A stretch of DNA of 64,000 nucleotides from Piromyces finnis finn (lineage: Eukaryota; Fungi; Neocallimastigomycota), in the NCBI GenBank assembly GCA_002104945.1, contig MCFH01000047.1, positions 186,001-250,000 on the forward strand, read 5' to 3'. Made by a program: the position numbers and the translations under genes. Position 1 is the first letter of the stretch. Each line of letters begins with the position of its first letter. The notes beneath the pieces were generated by a model. It searched no databases, had not been told where the DNA came from, and saw only the letters and a list, made by a program, of their open reading frames with translations. Of this stretch, positions 14,073-29,000 are shown in pieces.

Positions 14073-16039
14073 TAAAAAAAAAGAATATTTAATTACATAT
14101 TTCAACGCTTTCTAAGGCATTAGAGTAGGCATATAGAATACCATTAACACCAAGTACTGCTGGTGTATCTTGATTTCCTGTAAGGGCACAATCAAATTCA
14201 ACATTTGGTCTATTAAAGAATTTTGCTCCATAACCATATACTTCCATATATTTAGTTGAATCATAAGGTTCTAAAACATATCCAATAGCTGAAATGGCTT
14301 TTTGATATTCATTTAATGTCATAAAATTATTAAGATCACAATTTGGTGATCTATAGTGAAGGGATCTTGGATCAGTGACCTCACCTTTAATAATTTGATG
14401 AATTATGAATTAAGATATGGAGTTTAAGATAAAATTTAGTCAATTATATCATTTTTATATAATATATTATAAATTATGTTATTAAATTTATTTATATTAA
14501 ATATATATATATAATGATAATAATAATAACAATAAATTATATACCGTTACTTCCGGTGAAATCAATGGCAAAGGTAACAGATATTTCAGTACCTAACATT
14601 GGGAAATCCATAAAAGAGAAATCTTTACAAACTTGAACATTTTCAAATGAAATTACTCCAGAATTATTGTATTGTTTTCCCTTTTTCTTATATTTTTCTA
14701 ACTTTTTTTTATTTATAATATTGAAAGAATTTCCTTGCTTAATCAATTTTGTAGAAGTTTCAAAGCTTCCAATAAAGTCTGGGGATGAATTTCTATCCCA
14801 ATCATATACTATAAATGCATTTTTTTTTTTAATTGAATATTGAATATTAAAATTAAATATATATTAGTTATAGAATTATATAAAGTGTAATGGATATTAA
14901 AAGATAAAAAAGTTTTCTTTTTTTACAAAAAAATAGCATCAATTTTCAAAAGTATAAAGGTAGAGATTATGTAATATTAAATAACATTAAAATGATCTAT
15001 TTAATATTAATTTAATAATATTACCTTCCCATAGTATCATTCTTTCATCATCTCCATTATTAAGGGTTGATTCTTTTATACGAATATCTTTCCATAATGG
15101 ATTCAAGGTATTCTTAATAACACTACTTTCAAAGATTTTAAGAACTGTACCATTTTCTTGAGACTTTGATATAACAAAATATGGATCACTTTTACCAAAT
15201 AAATCCTTTTAACCGAATATATAAATAAAAAATAAATAAATATTTTAATAAATGATTATGATTTTTTATTAAAGAATAACATTTAATATTCTAATAACCT
15301 TTTTATCAAGATTGGTTCCTCTAACGTTCATAGTGATATAAGTATTACTATCTTGGATTTCTTCCACATTAACAATAAGTTTTGATTTTTTTGATGATTT
15401 TCTTGTTTTTTTATTACTAATATTCATATCAGGTGGTGTAGTAGTCAAGATATCACCAGTGTAAACATTATTTCTAGAACTACCAACTAAATCACCAATT
15501 GTTGTTTCATAATAACCAATAAAATCATTATCCTTAAAACTATCCGAATTATCATCCATATCAAAAATAATAAATCTTAATCTTTGAATCTTTATAAATA
15601 TTCACAATTGTGTAAATTGAAAATATATATGTAATTCCAATTACATTTCCATTTATAAAAATATGAATAAATGTTGATAAATATTTATAATAGTTATAGT
15701 TTAGAAAATTGAAAATATTAATTTTTTAAAAAAATTATAATTCAACAAATTTACCATTTCAAAATAATAATCAATAATGAATGATTTTAAAAAAGTAGGA
15801 TTTAAATCATTATCAATTCTTTCTGTGGCACCAACTCTACTCCATGAAGAAACACTTTTTCCTTCATTATTAACACTTTTTTGTTCAAGAAATATAAATA
15901 TTTTTGGATCACTTTTCGATAAAGTGTCGAGGTTTGGTAAGTCTTTACATGAAAATCTTAATTCAATTTTTGAGCATAATTGACTATTGCCGTAATTTGG
16001 ATAGTGATAACAATCAGGTTCATATGTTTTATTATTCAT
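13218..16039 (-). CDS. Copine (C2A-C2B-vWA), paralog B, 576 aa, 8 exons
   Basis: Exons 16039-15755, 15589-15299, 15205-15025, 14808-14545, 14384-14097, 13869-13557, 13453-13394 and 13266-13218 sum to 1731 nt with an open frame. Motifs: DLPNLDTLSKSDP, DLFGKSDPY, YDWDRN, IDFTGSNG, WGPTNFAP, IITDG, RDIVQFVP, ETLAEIPKQ. Confidence 0.93.
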
Positions 16040-17298
16040 TTTTATTTAGTTCGTTATATATTTATTTATATATTTAATTATATATATTTTTTTTTTTATT
16101 ATTTAGTGATATTTTTTTTTTTTTTTTAAATATTTTTATGATAATTATGATATTTATATGTTTACTTTTTTTTTTTAATATTTTATATATATCATTTTAT
16201 TCCTATATAATATAATAATATATATTATATATAAATTATTATATTGTATTTATTATATTTATATAATTAATTATTAATTTAATATGAATTAAAAATGATT
16301 TATCCATATAAATATAAAATTTATTTATCCAAATAATGAAAATGTATCATTAAAAACTTTAATTATTATAAAAATGATTTAAAGTTAACATCAATTATAT
16401 TAAAATAAAGATTTAATATATATTAATATAAATTATTAATATATTTAAATATTAAAAAATTTGAATAGCTGTAATCATTAATTAATAAAGAAAGTTTAAT
16501 TTATATTTTTTTTTAATTTCCAAATAAAGTATAATTTTTATTCATTGGTGGATGATTTATAGAATATCAAAAATTTTCTTTTTTTTTTTTTTTGACATTT
16601 ACAACTATAGAAAAATCTTAGTTACTCTATTTATTAAAAAAAAAAGAATATTTACAGATAAAAGAAGAGGAGGAAAAAAAAAAGAATATGATATAATGAA
16701 AAGTGTATAAAAAAAGATGACTTTATGAATAATATTAAAATTCCAATTAATTAATATAATATGATATATGATAAAATGACTTTACCTGAAATTATTAAAA
16801 GTTTTGTAATAACAAAAATAAACCATAAAAAATTTATAGATTGTGTAACTTTATTGCTAATTCAAAGGATAACATATTAGTTAAAATGCAAGAATTGTGC
16901 TTTAACTCAACGTAGCAAATCTAAATATTTGGTATTTTAATAACAATTTTTTTTTTTGACTTACCATACTTGACAACCACACAACTTTTTTTTTTTTTAA
17001 TAAGGATAAGCAACAAACACATAAAAAAATCCTTTTTATAAAAAGGATCTATTAAAAACATTTTTATTTTTTATATTTGATAATTTATTTACTTTTATTG
17101 TCATTTTTAATTTCATCATGAATTTTTTTTTTTTTATTTTTGTTTTTTTTTTATTGTCTTTGTAGTATTATTATATTTTAATTTTTAAATTGCTCTTTTT
17201 TTTTTTTGAATTTTTTTTTATTTTAAGCTTTATTTCTTTTAACTAGAGCAATAGTTTCAAGGTAAATAAATTATTAAACCTTTTTTTTTTTAATTTAT

Positions 17299-20200
17299 TT
17301 ACTTCTTCTTGCTACTCTTCTTAGCCTTAGTATCAATTTCGTCAGCATTGTATTCAAATTTAATATGAATACTACCATTAGTACCTGGAACTGGGTACCA
17401 TTCTTCAACAGTCTTACTTTCGCTAGTTGAGAAACTTTTATGAGTATCAATTTGTAATTCACCCATAGTCTTACTTGAGAAAGAGTTGTGATCCTTAACA
17501 ATAACAGTAAGGCTTTGGTTTAATACTTCACCAAGACCAACCTTGAAGGATTCATTCCATTGTGGGTTAAGGTTGTTCTTCTTAATGACCTTAGTCTTAC
17601 CAATTTCCTTCTTACCTCTCATAATCTTAACATATGGATCACTGGTACCGTTAGAATCGACAGATGGTAAATCCTTAGCTTCAATAACATGGATATGTAA
17701 AGTACCAGCGTTTTCAACAGTCTTTTGACCTTCTGAATCACTTTCGGCATTATCACCACTAGTAATACTTGTTATATCGGCAGTATCAATTTCATTGGAA
17801 TTGGTCTTTTCAGCCATTGACATTTCTGGAAGGGTAGCATTGCTGATTTCAGATGGGTTTAAGTCTGAAATAATTTGTTGTTGTTGTTTAGCATTAGTAA
17901 CGGTAGTTGGAGAATCGTCCTTTAATTCGGCATTCTTATTTTTGTTACCCTTAAAGGTCTTGGTTAAACCACTAGCAACACCAGAAACAACAGATGATGG
18001 TGCCTTGAAAACACCCTTAACTACCTTGAAACTACCTTCAGCGACATTGTTGATTACCTTAGCTGGAGCACTACCTTCAGATGATTTTTCTCTATCTTGT
18101 TTTGAGGTGGAAACACTTTGTGGATAGAAGTTAAGAACAAGATTAACCTTACCAACCTTTCTACCATCCTTTGAAATAAAATCGATTGGAACATTTAAAT
18201 TTTGTCTTGGAATTAAACCAACAAGAGATAAGACACCAGTACCAATTAAAGTACTCTTTTCAACCTTATTCCAGTCCATTAATTGTAATTCTAATTGAGC
18301 ACACTTACGAGAACGAATGTTAATATCAAACTTTTCATTCCAACATGGTTCTAATGTCTTCTTAATTTCCTTGGTGGTGTAAACCTTATTACCGTTTAAG
18401 TTGAAGATGATGAATGGATCAGAAGTACCGCTAGAATCAACAGCAACAACCTTACCATCATTAACATTAACAGTTAATACACCCATATTTGGTAAGTAAT
18501 CCTTTGGTGGAACTTTAATATCAACTGGAGAGTAACCGAAAGCAATTTTAACAGCTGGAGCTTCTGGATTAGTTTTATCATTGGTATACCAGACACTCTT
18601 ATTTAAGTTGGAAGCAATGTCATTTAAACCAAACTTGAGAGCAAGTAAAGAAGTATCAGCATCAGATGTACCATTATCTCTTGCACGAACACGAATATTG
18701 AATAATAATTTATTTTCAATAATATTCATAATTAAACCTTCAGAAATTTCATCCCAAACTGGAGTGCTGGATTTAATAACAGCAGATCTGTAGAAGATTT
18801 CATCTGGACTGTTATCGAATGAACATTCACAGTAGGCGCAACTACCTTGTCTTAAATTCTTAGCTTCTTCAAGTTTAATTCTAAGAACACCAGTAATGTT
18901 ATTCTTGGTTGGATCATTTAATTCAATACTAGATATACCCATTTGACTAGCACTAAAGATACTGAAACCTCTTCCAGATAAACTTGTACCACTAATCTTT
19001 GGCTTTTTCTTATCAACTTCAGCTCCTGGAGTAACTTTTTCAGTAGCTTCAGTAGTAGTTTCGGTAGTAGTTTCGGTAGTAGCCTCAGTTTCCTTTGGTC
19101 TAGCTAAAGTAAGTGGGTAGTATTGAAGTTGGAAGTGAATTTCACCTTCACAATTAACATTCTTTTGTTGATTTTCGTATAATGGAGAGGTAATGTTGTA
19201 TCTTCCATCTTCTAATTTTTGAATGACTGGCTTAACTCTCATCTTTTCAAATTCTTTTGTTTTACCAGTTTCTTCAGTAATATTTTCACAAATATCCTTG
19301 ATATAGTATTCAATAGATCCAAGCTTTTTGTCATTGTTAATGTTGTTGAAGTCAAAGAGTTCAATCTTAATACGATCATTACGTGATTGAACAGTAGTGT
19401 AATAAGTTTCATTCCAGATTGGATCAAGGTTATTTTCAAGAATTCTACTTTGACCAACCTTTCTACCAGAAATATTTAATTTAGCATATGGATCAGATTT
19501 ACCTAAAGATTCAACATTCTTAATCTTGTTAGCGTTTAATAAATCAATTCTACAAATACCAATAGCTGGACTGTTGTCACCACTTTCTTCATTCATCTTA
19601 ATTGGGAACCAATCGAAACCTAAACGAACACGACCCTTTGGAGAATCCTTTAATTCTAACCAATCATTAGTTGGATTTTCGAGAAGGAACTTCATAGTTG
19701 GCTTAATCTTGCATGTTAAAGTACCAAGAATTGGGTCAACACCAAGATTATTCTTATCCTTAACAACAAGTCTTAATGAGGCAGTATTAATATTCTTTAC
19801 ATAAATATCTTCAGAAAGAGAGAATACTGGGTTATTAGTCTTCTTTTTAACATCAGTTTCCATAACCTTTTCGTGATTAACTTCAACAGAGACATATGGA
19901 TTAGATCTAGCACCCTTCTTCTTTTCTAAGTCCTTCATTGAGTAAAGATTAACACGAAGAATACCTGAACGTAATTCTTCTTCAGCAACTTCATTAGATG
20001 GATTTGGACTTTGACCTTCAGCTCCTCTAGCTTCACCACTTTCAGCTTCAGTTTCTTGTGGTTTAGCAACTGGGGCAGTTCCTGGTTTAGCAATTGGGTG
20101 GTATGAAACTTGTAAATTAAGACTACCAGCATCCTTACCTTCTAACTTTAATGGAACTTGTCTATTGATATCCATTAAAAAACGTTAGTTTATTATAATA

Positions 20201-22328
20201 AAAAAATTTTTTTAAACGTATTATAGTATCATATAATTTTGATTTTGATTCATATAAAAATATGTTATTTTAAATAAACTTACAAAATTTCACCAGATCT
20301 TGGATCACCCCATTGTTTAATAATACGTTCACGATCTTCAGGAGTTAATGGCTTCTTGCTTTTTGAAACTGGACCAGCTGGCTTAGCTTCTTCCTTCTTT
20401 TCTTCTCCATTTAAGGCTTCTTCTTCAAGTTCATCAATTAACTTGGCGAATTCAGATAACTTGAAAACTTCAGATCTACCCATTAACTTATCAGAAGTCT
20501 TATTCTTATCGAAAACTTCAAAGTTAATGTTATCAGCTCCAATAAATGAATCACGAATAGCGTTAAGTGGAATAATAAGATTCTTATTTTCGTTCCAGAA
20601 TGGATTAAGACTAAATAAAGATAATTATATTTATTCAGTAAAAATTCTTTAATAAATATTTTATATTTTATTAAAATAAACTTACTCGTTATCAACAACT
20701 TTAGTTCTGGCAATTTCATTACCACCTAAATTCATCTTAAGGTATGGATCTGGAGTACCAAGTTTTTCAATGTTCTTTAAGTTTCTACCTTCCATTAAGT
20801 TAATCTTTAAGAGACCAATTGGATCATCTAGATAATTTAATGAATATTAGAAAATTTTATTTTTTATACATATATATTTATATTTATAAGCATCAAAAAC
20901 TTACCATGTGACTTGCTCTTTAACATATTTTCCAAGTCTAAATCAAAAGTAGTTGGATCTATAGCAATTTCCTTAAGAACTGTCTTGACTGTAATATCAG
21001 TCATTTGTTGAACACCAGGAATCTATTTATTTTTTTAATAAAAAAAAGAATAAAAATTTAATTTATTACTACGTTTTGAATATTTATTTACATCATCTAT
21101 TAGAATACTTACACTTAAAAGATCAATTCCAACAAGTGGCTTTAAGGCACATGAAAGTTTTGGTGATTCCATGAAACAAACTGAAGCAGTTTTAATAAAT
21201 GGATAACTGTGAGTGAATCTTACACGTAAAAGGAGCTAGATTTTTTTAATTGAAAAATAGTTAGCATTTGTTCATTTATCTATCATTATAGATAAAAATA
21301 AAATAAAAATGATTTTTACCTTTCCTTCGAATAATAAGTTTGAAATATTGATATTTAATGGAACTTGGAATTTATCATTACCAACGAAAGCAGTAGCTTG
21401 AATTTCAGTCTTTCTCTTAGAGTCATCATATTTATCTTCTTCTCTAGTAACTGGAATGAAAGAAGCATGCCAGATCATTTGCTACAAAAATTATATTAAT
21501 AAAATTAGTATCTCATTTCAAATAAAAAAAGTTTTTTTTTTTTTGATAAATTTAAAAAAACCTACCATTTCTTCTTGTTCAAGGTTATCGAAACATTCAA
21601 CAGATTCTAAACGTGGAGCTTCAGAACCAAGATTGAATTTGGTTAATCTGATTGAATGCTATTTTATATTAAAAATTTATAATGTAAATAAAGCATGATT
21701 TCTATTACTTAAATACTACATAAATTTAAATATACTTACTAAAAAGCCTGGACAGTTTTCCTTTAAAATAGAATCAACGATTTCTGGAACCATTTCAGCG
21801 GCAACTGGTTCAATAGTACCCCAAATCTTTTGTAATAAGAAGTTTAACCATTCAATAGATTCTTGGTTGGTATCTAACTACAAAATTCAAGTTTAAATTA
21901 TTTTTATTAGTTTAATTTTGAGTTATTTGTTAAAAAAAAAAGTTTATTAATAATACACTTACAGCTTGCTTTTGAGCTTCATTTCTCATTTTGATTTCGT
22001 ACTTTTTGGTTAAAATTCTACCAGTAAAGGCATAGATTACTGAAAAGAATGCAATATTAAGTAAAACAAATGCAATTGAAAGACCCATTCTTGTAATAAG
22101 CCATGAGAAGAAAATAGCACTCATTAAACAAACAACTTGAATAACTGATTCTAAATAAATAAGGTAATCAGTTACAATTGGTTTTAATAAGAAATCTTCA
22201 GCTTTTTGTAAAATACTGTCAAAAGTTTCCTTGTCAGTTAATTCTTTTATAGTTTCTTCTGGCTTTTTGTCTTCTCCAATGACTTGAACGTCCTTGAAGG
22301 TAAATTTTGAAGTATCCCTTCTATCCAT
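17299..22328 (-). CDS. Tricalbin / extended synaptotagmin (TM - SMP - multiple C2), 1443 aa, 9 exons
   Basis: Exons 22328-21963, 21877-21740, 21658-21566, 21481-21320, 21235-21113, 21022-20905, 20827-20686, 20610-20284 and 20161-17299 sum to 4332 nt with an open frame. N-terminal hydrophobic segment (VVCLMSAIFFSWLI...IAFVLLNIAFF); SMP domain (ESIEWLNFLLQKIW, FNLGSEAPR); repeated C2 motifs (TPDPY, SNPYV, GKSDPY, GTSDPF, GTSDPY). Confidence 0.93.
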
Positions 22329-24127
22329 TTTGTTTTATATAAATAAAAGGAAATATACTAAACTGATTTATTGATGTTATTATTGATTATTTTTATTTCT
22401 AGTCTTTTATATTATTCTTGTTCAATTTTTTATTCAATCTTTTATAAAAATAATATAGAAGTAAGTTAGTTTTTAATATCAATAAAAATAAATAAAAAAG
22501 AAAATAATTAAATAATTGTATTTTTAAATTATTATAACTTTTACTTAATATTATTAAATATTATTAAATAGTATTATTCACTACTACTATTATTATTATT
22601 ATTATTATTATTAAATATTATTATTTACTACTACTACTATTATTGTTGTTGTTGTTGTTGTAGTTGTTGTTTTTATTATCTTTATTATTTTGATAAAAAA
22701 AAAAAAAAAAAAAATCCAAAAATAGTTGAAATGTTTTATTATTTATTATTTATTATAACATACATATATATGATTTATAATTTTTGATTTTATTAATGAT
22801 ACATACACACCATACAAATACTTTATTTATAGCATATATATAATACTTGAATAAATATATTATTATTTTATCAAAAAAAAAAAAAAAAGATTTCAAATAA
22901 TAATATAATTTTAAAGAATAAAAAGTGAATAAAAAAAATTTTTTTTTTAAATTTTTTTTATTTTATTTTCTATTTAAATAAAATTAAAAAAAAAAAAAAT
23001 TATAATTATGATGAAATAATTTTCATTTTCATCTTATCCTAACAATATTCATAATATATAAATATTATATTTTCTATATATATTATTATTAATAGATTGA
23101 GAATTTATGCCTTTAAAAATTTAAAACTGATACCAAAAAAGTGTAATTAATAATAAAGAACCATTTTAATTAAAGTAGATGTTAAAACTTTATTTATTAT
23201 TATTTTTCAATAAATATTATATTAATAATATATTAAATAATTAATTAATTAATTATAAAAATTGGAATAAATTTTTTTTTTAATGGATTTCACACCCCAT
23301 ATTATCCTATCAATTAATATAACGATTTACCAAAAGAAATAAAAATTATGGCTGATTTGTATTGCCTTTTTTTTTATTATAAATAAATAATAAATAAATG
23401 AATAATAAATGAATGAATAAATAAGTGAATCAATAAATAAATAATAAATAAATGAATGAATATTTATATAAATAAATAAAGAGGTTAGAATAATATCATC
23501 ACGCTGTCTTTAATGCTTTTGAACGATAGCAATACAGTTTTCATGGCGATAGATATTTAGGTAGATTAGTTTAATTAGTTTACATGATTATATTGTTTAT
23601 TGATAACAAAAAAGTATAAAAATACATAAAATTACAAGTTAATTAGTTTTTTAAAAGTTTTATTTGAACCAAATAACTTTTAAAAGCAATTTTCATGTAT
23701 AATAATAAAATATAAAATAATAATTGATAATAATAATAATAATAATAAAAGGTGATAGTTATAAAAATAAAACTTATTATTTAACATTATTGCTATTATT
23801 GTTATTATTAAAATATGTTTATTATATTTTAGTCAATTTATTATTTTTCAGATATCTTATTTTATTATTAATGTATACATTTCTTACATTTCTTATATTA
23901 AAGGTTGATTCTTGGAAAATTAAAAAAAGGTATATTTCACTCTTGAAACTTAATATTATTAACAAAAACTTAACTAGACATATAAAACACTCAAAATTAT
24001 TTTCATTGTTTCATTCACTAAATTCAGTCATTTTATTATGTTGTATCAACTAACCTTTTTAACTTTACATGCATATTAATAATATGCTTATTCATAATGA
24101 AATTATTACTATTATAAAATAAGATAA

Positions 24128-24588
<461 letters not shown>

Positions 24589-26091
24589 TTCATACGATGT
24601 TGTTGTTATCATTATATCCATTACCTCCTTTTATTGTTACTACACTCTTCTTCCTTTTCTACTGTTTTTACTTTTATTAATCAGACACTTTTGAAATTTT
24701 AATTTTGTGTAATTTTAAAAAAATGTTAAACAAGCACTTATTCATATATTGTATTATATTTGGATATATGAAGTCAATTGAAATTATTATTAAATAAATA
24801 TAAAAATTAATTAAAATTATAAAAAAAGATTTTTACAATTTTTTTTTTTAGGTTGAAAAGTAAAAAAACTGAAGTTTTATTTTTTTTTTATATATAATAA
24901 TTAAAACATTCAAATAATGTTATAATGATACATTTAAAAGTAAAAAGTGATAATACAGATAATAATAATTATTATAATGAATAGTGTTATTAAAATAAAA
25001 AACTTTCTTCATAAAAATCTATAATATATTATAATTATTATTAATAATTTTTTTTTTGGATTATTTAATTTATGAAATGAAAAATTTAATAAAAAAAATA
25101 AGAAATAATAGGGAAACCAAGATAATAATAATAATAATAAATAATAATAATAAATAATATATAATATACAATTTTATTTATTAATAATAGTAATATTATT
25201 ATTATTATTATTGCTATTTTAAAAAATAACAACTTTTTTTTTTATTTGAAAATCAAAGGAAATAAAAGGTTCCTTTTTAATTTTAAGAGGAAGAAAGGGG
25301 GAATAATTAAATAGAATAATAATATCAATTAATAATAATAATAATAATAAGGTAAATATAATAATAAAAAAATTAAAAATAAAAAAAGTATAAATAGATA
25401 ATTAATATAAATAATTAGACATATAAGTTCTAAATTATATATTAAATCCATTATTTTCAAATATTTTCATTTGAAATTTATTTTTAACTTTTTTTTTTTT
25501 TCTTTTTCTTTTTCTTCTTTCTTTCATATTTTATAAATTAAATCTAATCGAATATTGAATAATATTTAAAACATAAATTATTTTTATTAAATAAAATTAA
25601 TGAAATTGGTGCATTTGTTTCATTAAATATCGTTCATGGAAATTAAATAGAAATTAATAATTAACAGAAAAATTTAACAACGAAACTATCATCTTCAAAA
25701 AAAAAAAAAATAGTATTATTTTTTTAAAAAAATCTCAATTCATTTATTATATATATCTTCAGTAATATATATAAAAAATAAAATATATAAAATAATAAAA
25801 GTAAAATGTTTAATAATTAATATACAAATTTATTCAGTTCATATATATTGATTGATTCCCCCCTATAAGAATTTGCAAAAGTTCTTTTAGTAAACAGAAA
25901 AAAAAAACAATATTTTTAAAGAATCTCGATTTTAATTTATCAATAAATAAAATAATATTGCAAATTATCTTAGAATATATTTAAATATATATATTTTCAA
26001 TAAAAATATAATAATTTAAAGTAACAATACCCTTTGAAATTTTTTATTTATTTTAATTTAAAAAGTTAATAATAATAATAAATACATAAAA

Positions 26092-29000
26092 ATGGTGGAA
26101 TACGAACCATATAATGAGAATGCTGTATCAACCTTCAAAACTTTAAATATTTGTTTAAAGGGAATGCTTTCAATTGTTCCCAAAAATAGAACACCAGAAT
26201 TAACACAAGCAATATCTGTATGTCGTAAACAAATTGAAAACACCCTAAGAATTAAATATTCAGAAAAACCAAAAAAAGCAATTCAGCCATTTAGAGGTTA
26301 TGATAATAGTAATGATTCTATAAAGACAAAACAATCTTCACTCTTGACTGCTGCTCTCTTAGCAGCTTCCAAAGAAAATACCAATTCTTTAAAAATAAGT
26401 GAAAAGGAAGATGTAAATAATAAAAGTAAAATTATATCCATTACAATTCCTTCCAATACTCTTCGTTTAGAACAAGATTTATCTGACAATGATAATAATA
26501 ATAGTAATGATAATAGTAATAATAATGGAGATAATAACATGAATAATAAAAATATTAACAAAAATATTAATAACAATAAAAATACTAGTAATGATAATAT
26601 TAATTTATTATCTTCATCCAATTCTTCTATATCTATTCCTATCAAAATTTCTAATAATTCTATTAGTTTACCAAAAGAATCTTTCAAAAATAAAACTTTT
26701 GAAAATTCGTTTAAAAGTCATAAAAAAGGACAATATATATGTACATGTTCAGATAATGAAAAAGAATATAACAAGAAAAAGCAAAATGAAAAAACAGCCT
26801 CTTCTTCTTCTGATAATATAAATTCTTCATTAAAAGAAGAGTCAGAAATCGACCCTAAATCACCAGCTAAATCACCATTAATATCAAAATTAAAATCTGA
26901 TTCCAAGATAAAAAGCGACTCAGAAATTGAATCGAAACCAAGTGAAAATACAAATAAAACCAAAAAGAGTCACTCATTTTGGTTCTATTTATCTTCATCA
27001 AAATCATCAGATAAATCAGGAAAATCAAATAACAACAACAATAATAATAATAATAACAACAACAACAACAACAACAACAATAACAATAATAATAATAATA
27101 ATAATAATAACAATAATAATAATTTAAATTCTAAAGACAAAAATAACAAAGAAAAAGAAAAAACCATATCGGATAAAAATCACGAACAAAATCAAAATAA
27201 TGATACCAATTCAACAAAACATTCCTATTACCCTTCAAAATATTTTATATCTGTTCCAAATAGGAAAGATAAAATTGAAATTTCCCATTCATTACCAGAT
27301 TTAGTCCTTAATAAACCTTCATCATCCACTTCGAATTCTTTTACCGTTTCATCATTAAATCCGACAGTAGCTCAAACTATACCAATATCAACTAGTAACC
27401 TACACTCTAGTTCGGTTATTGATAATTCAATTATTGATTTAATGGATCACCCTACTGGTAAAGGTAAAATGTTAGATATACCAAAGGCTCCAATCATGAA
27501 ACATTCATTGTCTTCACAAGAAAGTCTTCATTTCAACGAACATTTATATGATCATCATGATGAATCAGATGCTGAGGATGATTTTGACGATTTTGATGAT
27601 CATGCAGAACAAATGATTTGTAAACGTTGTGGTGGCATAATAGAATCATCCCACAATAGAACATTACCATCAGATCTTGCTTATGATGAAAAAGATATAA
27701 CATTATTAAAAATAAATAATAAAGGTAAACCCATCTATCAATCTATTTAATTTTTATTATACATAGAATATGATTATTATATTTTATCATTAAAAAAAAA
27801 AAAAGGCTAAAAGTAGTGTAATAAATTCATTTACTTACTTTTTTTTTTCTATTAATATTTTATTAAATTTGTTAGATACCCATTCAAAAAAATCCAAATT
27901 AGCAATAGAAAATACTAATGTAAATACGGATCAAAAATCACTGGTTCTTTTAAAATCAAATAATAATAATAATAACAGCGAAAAAAACAATAACAATGAC
28001 AAAAACCATGGCAATGATGATTTAGATAATACTCTAAGTAAGAATAAAATAAATTCGGATGAAATATCACCGATCACTAATCAAAATGATCTATCGATTA
28101 AACATATTACCTCTATTCTTTCAGAGTCAACAGTTTTAACCGTTTCTGATGCTAAAGATGAAAAATTTTTAGATTTAGTGATTATTACCGCTTCGGAAAA
28201 GAATGGTTTATTTTCAAAATTACCTGTTGAATTAATTATATATATATTTTCATTCTTTAGAAGTCAAAGTGATTTACTGTCACTGACCCTAGTAAATCGT
28301 GCCATTGGTGCCTGTGCCAAAACATTATTATGTGGTTTACCAAGATTTCAAGATTATAATCATATGCGAAAGTTCTTTTCCGTTGCCGTGCCAAGTAATC
28401 GATCACTTTTAAATTGTGTTCGTTCATTACAACTTCCTGATATTACTGAAGTGATTCTTCCAAAAGATTTTGCATTATTTTATCCTCCATTGCTTAGTAA
28501 TCTGCAACATCTTAGTTTTTATCTAAACGAAAATATCTATGATAATTTTAATGAAAATTTCTGGTTAACAATGTTTAATGAATTCCATCAATTAAGATCT
28601 GTTTGTCTAGCCAATCGTTCAAAATCAGTGACCGATGCCTGTATTAGAAAATTAATTAAAAATAATACCTTTTTAAATGTTCTTGATTTAGAAAATATAG
28701 ATCAATTAACGGATGATGCCTTTACTGGCTTATCAGAACATTATCAATTACAAGTATTAAGTTTAGGTAACTGTACAAAAATTACAGATAAAACCCTCTT
28801 TAATTTATCTTCTTCTCCCGATATTCTTTACCTTTCCATTGATAATTGTTGGAGGGTTACGGATGAAGGTTTAAAAAGGTTTGTTAATAAAAAAAAATCA
28901 TATATTTAAAAATCGTTTTAATGGATATAATGAGACCCCTCCTCCTCCTCAACCAAAAACTAAACTAACATTATCATTTGTTTCTATATTGTTTTATCTA

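Noticed and set aside
16600-16640. GTTACTCTAT, identical to the last-exon acceptor of both copines, suggesting a third copine relic
   Set aside because: Only about 10 bp match and no other copine exon is recognisable nearby.
16921-16986. Apparent 20-nt minus-strand micro-exon with a GTAAGT donor; the plus strand shows ACTTACC resembling the U1 5' end
   Set aside because: The implied intron is 44 nt, shorter than any in my gene models here (75 nt or more), and all frames close quickly. No U1 structure follows.
17543-19804. Several plus-strand ORFs overlapping tricalbin, and similar short antisense ORFs over the F-box, HST3, TEDC1-like and LINE frames
   Set aside because: Antisense shadows of real coding sequence with no recognisable motifs.
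23490-23560. GC-richer islet with TGATGA on the minus strand (possible C/D snoRNA)
   Set aside because: No box D (CTGA), terminal stem or ORF found.
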